NCBI RefSeq assembly: GCF_964194155.1
Contig: NC_135890.1
Span: 107,074,001-107,138,000, forward strand
Direction: 5' to 3'
DNA: 64,000 nt
Origin: Cetorhinus maximus
Lineage: Eukaryota
Shown piece after piece: positions 1 through 10,019 of this stretch. Below the pieces are notes generated by a model. The model worked only from the letters and a program-made list of their open reading frames with translations. It was not told the origin of the DNA and did not search any database. Each line of letters begins with the position of its first letter. The first letter of the stretch is position 1. The translations under genes were made by a program, and so were the position numbers.

Positions 1-33
1 TCTAACACTCATTCCATATTGGTGCTGTCTTAG

Positions 34-501
34 TTAACCACCTCGTAGACGTAGCATGAGGAAGATGGTGCTCTCAGGCTGAATATTGTAGTCGGCGAGT
101 GTCAGACCATCCTCCAGCTGTTTCCCCTCGCACACCAGACGCTGCTGACTGGCTGGGACACCCTCCTGCCGTTGTACCCATGCTCTAAAATTCTGAACAG
201 ACTCAGAGGGAAGAACGTCATATGTAGATGTTTTCCCCTTGTCATTCTTCAGGAATATCTGCATGCGCTCCTCGTTCTTGACAATCAGCATGACCTCATG
301 ACTGGGAGAGACATTGTAGTCAGACAGCCTCCTGCTGTCCTGCAGCTCTTCAGTGTTTCCATTTTGCACCAACAGGCGCTGTCGGAAATGGGGCACCTTG
401 GTTCTTTCATATATCATCTTCTTGAGAGCTGACACTTGGATGGAAGGGTCGATATCAAGTTCAATAACCTCACCGGTCATAAACTTCACCCGGAGTCTCA
501 T
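34..501 (-). CDS. ISG15: ISG15-like di-ubiquitin-like protein, paralog A copy 1 (155 aa)
   Basis: Two UBL domains, ISG15-type segment [14 protein letters not shown], ends LRLRGG-TAA, ISRE upstream. Confidence 0.88.
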   Translation of the reverse strand: MRLRVKFMTGEVIELDIDPSIQVSALKKMIYERTKVPHFRQRLLVQNGNTEELQDSRRLSDYNVSPSHEVMLIVKNEERMQIFLKNDKGKTSTYDVLPSESVQNFRAWVQRQEGVPASQQRLVCEGKQLEDGLTLADYNIQPESTIFLMLRLRGG

Positions 502-513
502 CTTGTCAAATTT

Positions 514-1980
514 CTGTTAAGAAATGAACAAGATATCAGTGACGGAGATGCTGTGTATTGTGTATCAGTCACATAATACATTTTGAACATGCAATGCATT
601 GTCCAGACAATCATAGAATCTAGGGAACTAATGCATTGTGTAATCTGCACCTACTGTACCCCCAACTCAGTCAAACTCCTGTCAGTATTTTATTCCCAAT
701 CGGTGCAATGCTGCACACAAAGCCATGGACTGCTGCAAATACCGAGCAGCCAGCATCTATTGACAGATTAGAGCCTTTTGGATTTGAAATATGAACTCTG
801 TTTCTCTCTCCACAGATGCTGCTAGGTCTGTTGAGTTTTACAAGCATTTTCTGTTTTAATTCTGATTTTCTTCTGTTTGTACATTGGATTTCAGCATCGC
901 TGCCAAGGCTAGTGTTTATTCCACAAAATTAATTGCCCTTGTGAAGGTGGTGGTGAGCTGCCTTCTTAATTTATCTGTTTTGTCTGCTGTGGACCAAGTT
1001 GTAAAGAGGTGTGGAACTCAGTGGTGGTCCTAGGAGAACCCAAAATAAGTTAAGTTAACATTTCAGGTGTAAATACTTTGTGGGAATTGGAAGATATGAA
1101 ATTGATCCCACTCCTCACATGTTTACCGGCTCACCCACATTCCCATATCTGCAACATTTCGATGTCATGTCTGTTTTCCAGTTTGAATAAGGCAGAAACT
1201 GAGTTAGAATTATTTGTGCAACTTATATTCTGAATTTATGTTGGAGTATTGAAGCTATCGGGTATCTGCTGCTCACACAGTTGCAATACTCGGTTTTTGC
1301 CACCAGAGTGACTCAAGTAACGTGTAACATGAGCCGTGAATGAACGGGCTTCACTTGTCGGGAGCGCTGAACATTTAAACTGCCAACAGCAGAGTTCTCT
1401 AAACCAGGAACGATGAAACTGTTCTTCGTTGTGCAGAATTCCATCACAACTTCGTTCGTTTTAGACACTGCACTCATGATGAAATTAGATTTGTCAGGCT
1501 GCCCAAAACCTACATCTGCCCTGGGAATACAGGAATGATTTATCTCACTCACATCTCTCTCACTGTTTAACTTTGGTTATATTCTCTTGCACTGTCGCCA
1601 CATTGAGAGGATATTATTTTATCTTAAATTGACTGTGAGATTCAATATAACCCATTCGAGCTCCTAACATAACTTCACCCTCAGACGAATCTTACTATAT
1701 TGTTTGTAAAAAGCAATGACCCTTGTAATCTTAGTTAATGAATGTTTAATGTATTATTTCGAATATTTGAACAGCCCCCGTTAGAATATCTGAGAACGGG
1801 TGTCACATAAACATTAGATCTGTGTCTCCAACAGGATTGAGTTTTTTAAATTTTCTTTCCATTCTCACCGGGTTTTAGTAATAATAATTTATCAGAAATT
1901 GCATCTGAGATTCAGAACAATGCAATTTCCACACCAGAAACAGAATATTGAAATTGCCCCGAAAGGCAGAATGAACTCAC
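514..1980 (-). other. 5'UTR intron of A1
   Basis: On the minus strand: donor ACT|GTGAGT at 1980 and acceptor TTCATTTCTTAACAG| at 514, 12 nt before the ATG. Inferred exon 1 (~1981-2170) has no ATG. Confidence 0.75.
775..870. repeat. Half-copy of the palindromic Penelope-like repeat in the A intron (also ~22495-22590, ~43565-43665)
   Basis: TTTCTCTCTCCACAGATGCTGC...TGAGTTTT..CAGCATTTTCTG matches the right arm of the 15170-15406 element. Confidence 0.6.
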
Positions 1981-2199
1981 AGTCCTTGCTGGAAGCACAG
2001 GTCCAGGAAAGTTCAGCTGCTGAATAATTTCTGATGCACTTTTTCTGCGCAGTTGGTCCTTTCTGTTTCCCTTCGCACCGACTCTCAGATCTGGACGGAG
2101 TATGTGAATCAAGCTCTTTGCTTCTGCTGCTCTGTATCTTGCTCTGTGCGTCTCTCCGTTAAACAACTCTGTCTGCGCGCGTCTCCGGCTCCCTCCTCC

Positions 2200-2311
2200 T
2201 TTTATTCTCAGACCCGGTTTCCGAACGTCACAGCCCCGCTGTCCTCTGATTGTCGCAAATCCCCTGTTCTGTTATGAAATAAATGTGATCGGAGCTGAAG
2301 TTTCGTTTTCC
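2200..2311 (-). promoter_or_regulatory. A1 promoter: AATAAAA TATA-like box (2200-2206), TGACGT CRE-like site (2225-2230), ISRE AGTTTCGTTTTCC (2299-2311)
   Basis: Exact match to the ISRE consensus AGTTTCNNTTTCC. Motif order is conserved in the B promoter. Confidence 0.8.
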
Positions 2312-2332
2312 GAAAACTTCCCCCCCACCCCC

Positions 2333-3075
2333 ATGGTAGGACCTTAGAAAGTACAGAGGATCAGAGGGACCTTGGTGTACATGTCCATAGATCCCAGAAG
2401 GCAGCAGCACAGGTAGATAAGGTGGTTAAGAAGGCATATGGGATGCTTGCCCTTGTTAGTCGAGGCATGGAATATAAGATCAGGAAGTTTATGTTGGAGC
2501 TGTATAAAACGCTAGTTAGACTACAGCTGGAGTAGTGTGTGCAGTTCTGGTCACCACAGCATAGGAAGGATGTGATTGCACTGGAGAGGGTGCAGAGGAG
2601 ATTCACCAGGATGTTGCCTGGGCTGGAGCGTTTCAGCTATTAAGAGAGACTGCATAGGCTAGGGTTGTTTTCCTTAGAGCAGACAAGACTGAGGGGGGAC
2701 CTGATAGAGGTATCCAAAATTATGAGGGGCATAGATAGGGTAGATAGGGAGAAACCTTTCCCCTTAGCAGAGGTATCAATAACCAGGGGGCATAGATTTA
2801 AGGCAAGTTGCAGGATGTTTAGAGGGGATCTGAGGAAAACCTTTTTCACCCAGAGGGTGGTTGTAATCTGGAACACACTGCCTGAGGGGGTGGTAGAGGT
2901 GGGAACCCTCACAACATTTAAGAAATATTTAGATGGGCACTTGAAATGCCACAGCATACAGGGCTACAGGCCAAGTGCTGGAAAATGCGATGGGAAAAGT
3001 TAGGTGCTTGATGGCCAGAACAGACACGATGGGCTGATGTGCCTGTTTCCGTTCTGTATAACTCTATGACTATCA
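2333..3075 (+). mobile_element. CR1-like LINE 3' fragment (also ~24150-24885, ~45470-46268)
   Basis: Degenerate ORF2 C-terminus (RLRGDLIEVSKIMRG...FFTQRVV) followed by a TATAACTCTATGACT tail. Confidence 0.85.
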
Positions 3076-4089
3076 AGCACTCATTCTAACTCAGACCCTA
3101 TGATGAAAGGCACTTCCTGTGACACCTCAACCATAAGGAAACAGGGAAGGGATTACAATGATATGGCTGGTATAGCACAATGGCATCTCCACATTGGCAC
3201 CAGTGATGTAAATTATATAATTCTTGATTTTGTACAGATTGAGGAGTGGGTACAAAAACTGAATTTGGCCACAAAATGTCCTGTGTCCTTAGCAATGATA
3301 GATAGATAAGTGCTTGATGGCTGGCACAGACACAATGGGCCGAAGGACCTGTCTCTGTGCTGTATAACCACATGACGCTACGACTCTAATACAGTACCGT
3401 ATTTCTTGGGCGGCTGCCTGAGTTGAGTTGGTTTATGTGAGATTTGGGGAGAGTGAGAGAAGGTGAAGGTGAGGTTGATGAGACCTGATTTGAATGGCAG
3501 AGCCAGTTCAAAGGACTAAATCTCTACCCCTTCTGATGTTCTTGCTTGATTTCGCAGTGCACCAATATTGTAAAAAGCTCATCAAATGAAAGATTGCTTC
3601 TATTCTGAACTGATAGTGAGGGTGATTGCAGATTGAAGTACAAATCTAGAGCTAACCCAAAGGGGCAGTGGAATCAGTTCTCCTCTTAAAAATTAAGTGA
3701 GACATTTTGGCTGAGATAATCATCTTAGTCTGATGTAGCATGTAACTGAGCTGGAGAGGCTCTCCATCAAAAGTGTGCCCTCAAAATGGCTGCTGTAATA
3801 CCCTTTCCATGATCTTACTCTGATTTTCTTCCACCTTCTAGAAACAAATTAACTCTTGCAATTAAATGAAGCAATGGAGTGGGGTCTCCATATTTCCCTT
3901 TCTTTGTGCCCGGTTACCATTCCTGAAAATCAGCACCAGTTTACCAGTGGCAGTTCTTAACCGATCAGAGATTGGGAAGGTGAAGAGGAGAAAGGTGCAG
4001 GAGGCCAATCAGGATGAAGATGCTGAGAAATAAGGTGGGTCCAAACACCTCATGAGCATCAAACAGGCGCGAGCACTGATCCTTGCAGC

Positions 4090-5452
4090 ACCCGGCTAGT
4101 TACATCCTGCCAACCAGAAAATGGCCCGTTTATTGCTACTCTCTGTTTTCTGACCATTAACCGATTCTCAGTTCATGTAAAATGTTAGCCCCATTCCCAT
4201 GAGCCCCAATCCTTTGAAATAAACTATTGGGCGGCAGTTTATTGAATGCCTTTGGATAATCCAATTAAAATAAATCCACTGGTTCCTCCTCATCTACCCT
4301 GCTACTCAGAACCTCAACAAACCTCAACAAACTTTAACAAATGTATAGAACACAGTTTCCCTTTCATACACCCATGCTGACTTTGACCAATCAAATTATG
4401 ATTTTATAAGTGCCCTATTATCATGTCCCTAATAACAAATTGTCGCACGTTCCTTTCTGTTGATGTCAGGTTAACTGGCCTATACTCCTTCCTGATACTT
4501 TCTCCCTTCGTTTCTTGAATAGTGGGGTTATGTTTGATCCTCCCAATCCATGAGGAGTGTTTGAGTATCTATGGAATCCTGCAAGACCCAGTGTGCCCAC
4601 TATCTCTGTAGCCAGATCTTTTAAACCCTAGGAAGGCGACGATGGGTCCAGGGAATCTGTTGCCTTTTAGTCCCATGAATTTCTCTCGTACTTTTTTCAG
4701 GATACTATTAGAGTAATCCTGGGGATTTTAATTTTCATAGCGACTGGATAAAATACATCTGCTGTAGTAATGTGGGGGATAAGGTTATAGAATGCAGTCA
4801 AAAATATTTTCTAGATCAGTGTCAGCAATCAGCCACAAGGAGAAGTCCCTAATTCTGGCACTAGATAGGGAACACAATCTTGGGGCCTTCTGGGTGTGGC
4901 TCCAGAGAACAGTATCCATCCCTCTGATTATACTGTCCTCTGCCATTACCACATTCCTTCCCCACAGTTTACTCTCAACATAAATGGCCTCATGTATCAT
5001 GGTGCTGTGGTCAGTTTTCTCATCCACCAGATTTTTTTATCATTCAGACAGGCAGCAGGAAGCCCATGCCTGTTAGATAAGGACAATGGCTGAGGTCCCC
5101 TGCACTGCACGATTGTGCTACGCTGTCTATATTCCTATTTTCTTATCCGCCTTGTGTCTCCTTACTAACCTGACCCGCAGCCACACCCTCCTGTCACTGA
5201 CCACTAATTAGACACTATGCGGCACTGCGTAACCTAAGGAGTGTAACTGCCTCTTGGATGAAGTGTCCAGCTTACAGTCTTCCTCCCTAATGCCCCACAA
5301 TGCCTGCATCTCGAATTGAAGCTCGACAACTCGGAAGTTGAACTTGCTTGAGGTTCAGACACTTACTGTGAATGTGGTTGTCAGCAATTGCAATGCTGTC
5401 CACAAACTCCCACATGCTGCTGTTGTGGCAAAGCACCTGCACTGCCATCACT
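4090..5452 (-). mobile_element. Decayed CR1-like LINE fragments, including an ORF1 esterase-like piece (also in units 2 and 3)
   Basis: ORF 4785-5027 VVMAEDSIIRG...LCSLSSARIRD resembles CR1 ORF1 GDS...CLPGA. 4090-4700 resembles antisense ORF2. Confidence 0.55.
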
Positions 5453-5464
5453 ATCTAACCCAGT

Positions 5465-5599
5465 GTCAGCTGTGCCTCAGTTCATAGCACCCTCGCCTTT
5501 GAATCAGAGGGTTGTGGGTTCATGTCCCACTCCCGGAAACCAAGAACTGTGATTGTACTCGAAAGAGTTGCAATCTGTGACTGTTGATAAACCGAAAGA
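5465..5599 (+). mobile_element. tRNA-derived SINE with 12-bp TSD, unit 1 only
   Basis: Degenerate A box (TGCCTCAGTTCATAGC) and B box (GGTTCATGTCCC). TSD ATCTAACCCAGT at 5453-5464 and 5600-5611. Confidence 0.75.
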
Positions 5600-6370
5600 A
5601 TCTAACCCAGTTTTATTTATTTCATTAATTAACATTTATGCATTCAAACAATTAGCTTAGTTTTTTAACCTTTACGATATAGTTTTAAGTGATTGGTATA
5701 TTGATATTTATCTGTAAATTACCCATTTCCTCCCCATGCTGTGATGTCACTTTGTGAAAGCAACAAAGCCCTGAGTTTACCAGCTCTTCTGGCCATTTAT
5801 GAAGAAGTCATTGGCACCACTCTAACAAAAATCAACTGCTCTGATCTGAGAGCCTCTTGTTGAATCCTTTGGCTGCATTGAGTTTCTGGAATGTCTCAGT
5901 CACCAGGGTGTCCCTGACATTATGCCACACCTCCAGCATTGCATTGCAATGTGAGTGTGGTCTCTCATGATTCACCTTTAGCACTGCATGAGAAACCACC
6001 GTCTCCACTGGCTGCATGAGATGTATGCTCACGAAATATTGATCTGTTAAAGCCTGTACCCTGATATCTTTGCGTTTGGTTCCTTCACCAAGGAAGAGGT
6101 TTTTGTCCCCTCCAGGGAGAGACAATTGTTTCCCTGTCATTTCCTCCCAGTTCTGTCTGCTCCCTGGTGCTCCGTGAATCACTGACTGATAACCTTCCAC
6201 CTCAGTAATTCCCTTCTCTCAAGTAAGTGCATCGGGACAGGTGTTTGAATAAGCAAGTTGTCTCTTGGAAGTTTCCAGTATTCCAAACTGGGATAATTAG
6301 AAAAGCATATTTTCTTACTTATTAAATGTGACCAGTGTGAACTTAATTTTTGCAAAATTGCTGCCTTAGT

Positions 6371-6475
6371 CACAGAATGACAAAATCACACAGTGCAGAA
6401 GAGGCCCTTTGGCCCATTGAGTCTACACCGACATGGGAGAAATGCCCGACCTACCCACCTAATCCCATTTACCAT
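6371..6475 (-). mobile_element. 3' tail of a CR1-partnered SINE/LINE (also in units 2 and 3)
   Basis: CACAGAAT..CAGTGCAGAAGAGGCCCTTTGGCCCA matches the LINE tail at ~18620-18670. Confidence 0.55.
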
Positions 6476-6993
6476 AATTAATACTCTTAGTTGATCGCTC
6501 AGTAAAGAATCAATACAGACATGATTAGCCAATAGTTCTGTGTTGTAAATCTTTATCATTCTCACAAAAACCTGATTGTTTGATATTTTTACCCAAAGCT
6601 GTGATGCTGTGAGAACCATTGAGATTGTCCAGTCTGAGCATGTGCAGACTGAATGTTTTGGTACAATTTGTTCATCGGCTCGCCGGCTGCCTCCGTTCCT
6701 GATCCCATCAGGGCCTAAAATTCCTGCCCGGATTCTCTAACATATCATGTGAAAGGCCACAGAAGATCAACTGGGACAATATAATTAATATAATTAAACA
6801 GTGGAAAATATGGGCTGGTGATCTGGGCTGGTGTGATTCTTCAATATTGTCCATAAGTGTCTCATTCATAGCTGATTCTCCCATCACCACTTGTTAGGGT
6901 AAATGATCATAACCTGGGTTTAAATATGCATCCCGGATGGAATGCAGGGAAAGCCACAGACAATACAAACAGATAGAAACACACATTCCAATT

Positions 6994-6999
6994 TTTATT
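6994..6999 (-). terminator. Poly(A) signal AATAAA of B1 (equivalents ~28662, ~50042)
   Basis: Minus-strand AATAAA followed by a GU-rich tract (TGTGTGTTTCTATCTGTTTGT), ~870 nt after the stop codon. Confidence 0.6.
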
Positions 7000-7862
7000 A
7001 AAATGGACAACTTTACTTTCAAATCACATTGGGTATTTTGGCAAATACAATGTGCAGGCCTGACATCCTCTGCTCTTACACAACACTAAGCACCCAGATT
7101 AAAGCATTCCAATGTTAAACACATACAATTTTCCAAGAACACATTAAGGTTAAAGCAATTACTTGTAGATGACCTTAAGTCATTTTAAAATGAAGCTGGA
7201 AGACACTCATTGTTGATCCTTTGGAATTTTTGGCATGGCCCCTCCTATTCAGTGAAAGAGCTTCGGAATTGCCACATCAGCTAACTAATGGTCCCTGAGA
7301 GTGAGAAGGTGGATTCGTACTGAATGAGAGGCAAGTTTGGAGCTGTGGATCAGGGACTGGATCATTATTGGCCTAAATCTTCAGTAGAATCTTGAAGAGT
7401 AACAGAACATACTTTTGACCAATGATCGGCCAGGATTGATGTGAATCAATGTATCACGAGTCAATGATCAGAATGGAACACGTTGCATTAGCAGTCCCCC
7501 CGATTCCTTCTATATTATTAATTAAGTTGCTGACTCTTGTAAAAATTGTGTCCAATGTCTTGTACCAGCATCTTTTCTCGGGTGAGAATGCAGGAAGGTG
7601 ACCTGCACCCAGGCCTCAGTTGGGATCATTCCCTAGTCAGACATTATCTGTTGAACAAAGTTCCTGTTGTTATGGGAACTGGGGCAGACAGGAATAAGAT
7701 TCAAAAGTATCATGGACAAGTCAGTGACTGTGCAACCTGGGACTCTTACTAACTGCAGCTGAGAAAACAGGAGTATATGAAAAAATTGATCAATTGAGGC
7801 ACTATAAATAATTTACTTCTGTACTAGCTAGAGTTCATGGTATAAACCGCTGCAAGTGCAGG

Positions 7863-8330
7863 TTAACCACCTCGTAGACGGAGCATGAGGAAGATGGTGC
7901 TCTCAGGCTGAATATTGTAGTCGGCGAGTGACCGACCATCCTCCAGCTGTTTCCCCTCGTACACCAGACGCTGCTGACTGGCTGGGACACCCTCCTGTCG
8001 TTGTACTCGTGCTCTAAAATCCTCAACGGACTCAGAGGGACGAACGTCATATGTAGATGTTTTCCCCTTGTCGTTCCTGAGGAAAATCTGCATCCGCTCC
8101 ACGTTCTTGACAATCAGCATGACAGCATCGCTGGGAGAGACATTGTAGTCACACAGCCTCTTGTTGTCCTTCAGCTCCACAGTGCTCCCATTTTGCACCA
8201 CCAGGCGCTGTTGGAAATAGGGCACATTGGCTTTTTTGTATATCAACCTCTTGAGAGCCGAGATTTGGATGGAAGTGTCAACATCAAGTTCAATATCTTC
8301 ACCGGTCAAAAACCTCACCTGGAGTCTCAT
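7863..8330 (-). CDS. ISG15: ISG15-like protein, paralog B copy 1 (155 aa)
   Basis: Two UBL domains, LRLRGG-TAA. N-domain distinct from A. Confidence 0.88.
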   Translation of the reverse strand: MRLQVRFLTGEDIELDVDTSIQISALKRLIYKKANVPYFQQRLVVQNGSTVELKDNKRLCDYNVSPSDAVMLIVKNVERMQIFLRNDKGKTSTYDVRPSESVEDFRARVQRQEGVPASQQRLVYEGKQLEDGRSLADYNIQPESTIFLMLRLRGG

Positions 8331-8342
8331 CTTGTCAAATTG

Positions 8343-9402
8343 CTGTTAAGAGATGAACAGGATGTCAGTGATGGGGACACTTTATATCACGAGTCAATTG
8401 CTAAGAATGAATGAAAGAATTTAACACGCAAGACGCATTGTCCCAGGCACTGGCTGCAAGCGCAGAAGCTGAGGGGAAACTGTTGTGTAAATTTCATCTG
8501 CAATAATAGCAACATCTGGCTTCTTACATGATACCTGAATCGCCGAGACACCAATCTTCACAAACTCCTCCCTTCCAGCCAGACAAAAAGCACCAGATTC
8601 ACATATCTGTTCCCCTGCTTGCATTTGACTTTGTCTTTGCTGCTCTATGCTGACTTGTTAAAATATTCAGAAACCCCCGGGGATCTGCGTACTGAGCTGC
8701 AATGCTAGCATCTGTCTGAAGTAGCCCTCAGTGTGCTGTGTAATGTGGCACAGTCTGAGTTTGGGTTCATGGGGAGATAAGAACATGGGCTTGGAAATTC
8801 TGTGGGTTTCTCTTGATCTTGCACCATAGCTTCAGCAATTCATCAATGGAGTCTAAGAGAATGGTTGTAAATGAAGGAAAATGACTGTAAGTTTCACCTT
8901 CAAATTAAAGGAACCATTTGTATAACTCTCTAAACCAGAAGACAGGGCATCCGCAGTCCAGTAGGAAAAAAAAAGTACCCTATTGTTGAGTAGAATTTTC
9001 TCTTTTGATGCCAGTGGTCTATGAATGGAATCTGCACAGTTATGACAGACCAAGCAGCAGAGAGTTATTCTGTCCAGAAATGCTTCCTCTCAGAATCAGA
9101 CTTACATAATGCATTCTATTGAAAAACAAGAAACTACTTTGCTGATATTAGATAATGAATGGGTAATGCATTACTTCAAATTTCCATCTTTAAAATAGCA
9201 GACAAAGGGGTGGCACATAAACATGTTAAGTTGTTATTGCCTTGTATTGTCTTCAATAACTCACAGGCTATGCTTTTTAAATTATCCTGACCCAGTTCAG
9301 AGAATATTAAGAACTTATTTTAAATGGTGAGTTTCATTCAAAATGACTTATTTTAAAACCCAGAATTAGAATATTGAAATTTCTAAATAAAAGACAGGAT
9401 AC
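8343..9402 (-). other. 5'UTR intron of B1 (donor uncertain, 9402 or 9407)
   Basis: Acceptor CTCTTAACAG| 12 nt before the ATG, as in A. The donor region is homologous to that of A (GCAAAGATT GTCA[C/G]GTATC). Confidence 0.6.
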
Positions 9403-9627
9403 GTGACAATCTTTGCCGGAAGCACAAGTCCAGGTGAATCAGAAGAAATTTGAGCTGCACAATGGGGAGAGATTCACTTCCCTGCACAGTTTGTTTTCTC
9501 TGTGTTTCTCCACACCGGCTCTCCAATCTAGAATAAGGGAATAAAATTCTGTGTGTTTCTTGCTCCGTCTCTTCTGTGTTTCCCACCGTTAAACAAGTGA
9601 GTGAGTGTCTGGCTCCCTCCTCAGTCC

Positions 9628-9882
9628 TTTTATTATTATTGCTGGTTTCTGAACGTCACAGCCTTGTTGCCCTCTAATTGCTTTGAACAAACAAGAGAGA
9701 CCAGAGCTGGTTTCATTTCCCAAAGCCTCCCCTCAGAGTCTGGGAAATTACCTGACAGGAGCAGCAGGAATGCACCTTGCTACAGGTAACAGGTACTGAA
9801 TTCCGAGTTATCTCAGTTTCAGATTCCTCTCTGGTGCCACAGTCATAAACAACAAGAGCAGAATCAGCTGAGCGGTGAGTCA
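9628..9882 (-). promoter_or_regulatory. B1 promoter: TAATAAAA box, TGACGT, proximal ISRE/IRF GGTTTCATTTCC (9709-9720), distal AGTTTCAGATTCC (9815-9827), AP-1 TGAGTCA (9876-9882)
   Basis: Motifs read directly from the sequence. Positionally homologous to the A3 promoter. Confidence 0.7.
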
Positions 9883-10019
9883 GAGGCCTCACTGCCTGTT
9901 TGAAGCTGTGGGCAGGGCTTGAACAATACAATGTATAAAGATACAGTGCATCAGACCAGTCAGTTTAATTATCTAATGAAAAGAAATTGGCCTCAAATTG
10001 CAGGGGTCCTGCTCCACGA

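Noticed and set aside
34-501. Polyubiquitin/UBA52/RPS27A or FAT10
   Set aside because: The domains are too divergent for ubiquitin and there is no GG between them. The LRLRGG end, [11 protein letters not shown] segment and ISRE favour ISG15 over FAT10.
1912-2166. 84-aa ORF (and 9383-9586) over exon 1
   Set aside because: Non-ATG starts, read through the splice donor, no recognisable domain.
502-2170. Di-UBL as the last exon of an OASL-like gene (acceptor 12 nt before the ATG)
   Set aside because: No OAS coding exons were seen in the unit. The upstream donor belongs to a short ATG-less exon directly below a TATA-like box and ISRE.
5465-5540. tRNA gene
   Set aside because: Degenerate boxes, SINE body and TSDs, no convincing cloverleaf.
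8001-8414. Plus-strand ORFs overlapping the ISG15-like CDSs (also 172-432 etc.)
   Set aside because: These are antisense shadows, and their recurrence is explained by the duplication.
9742-9752. NF-kB site GGGAAATTACC (and GGGGATTTGC at ~2255)
   Set aside because: Imperfect matches, and the B site is changed to GGGAAATAACC in B2 and B3.
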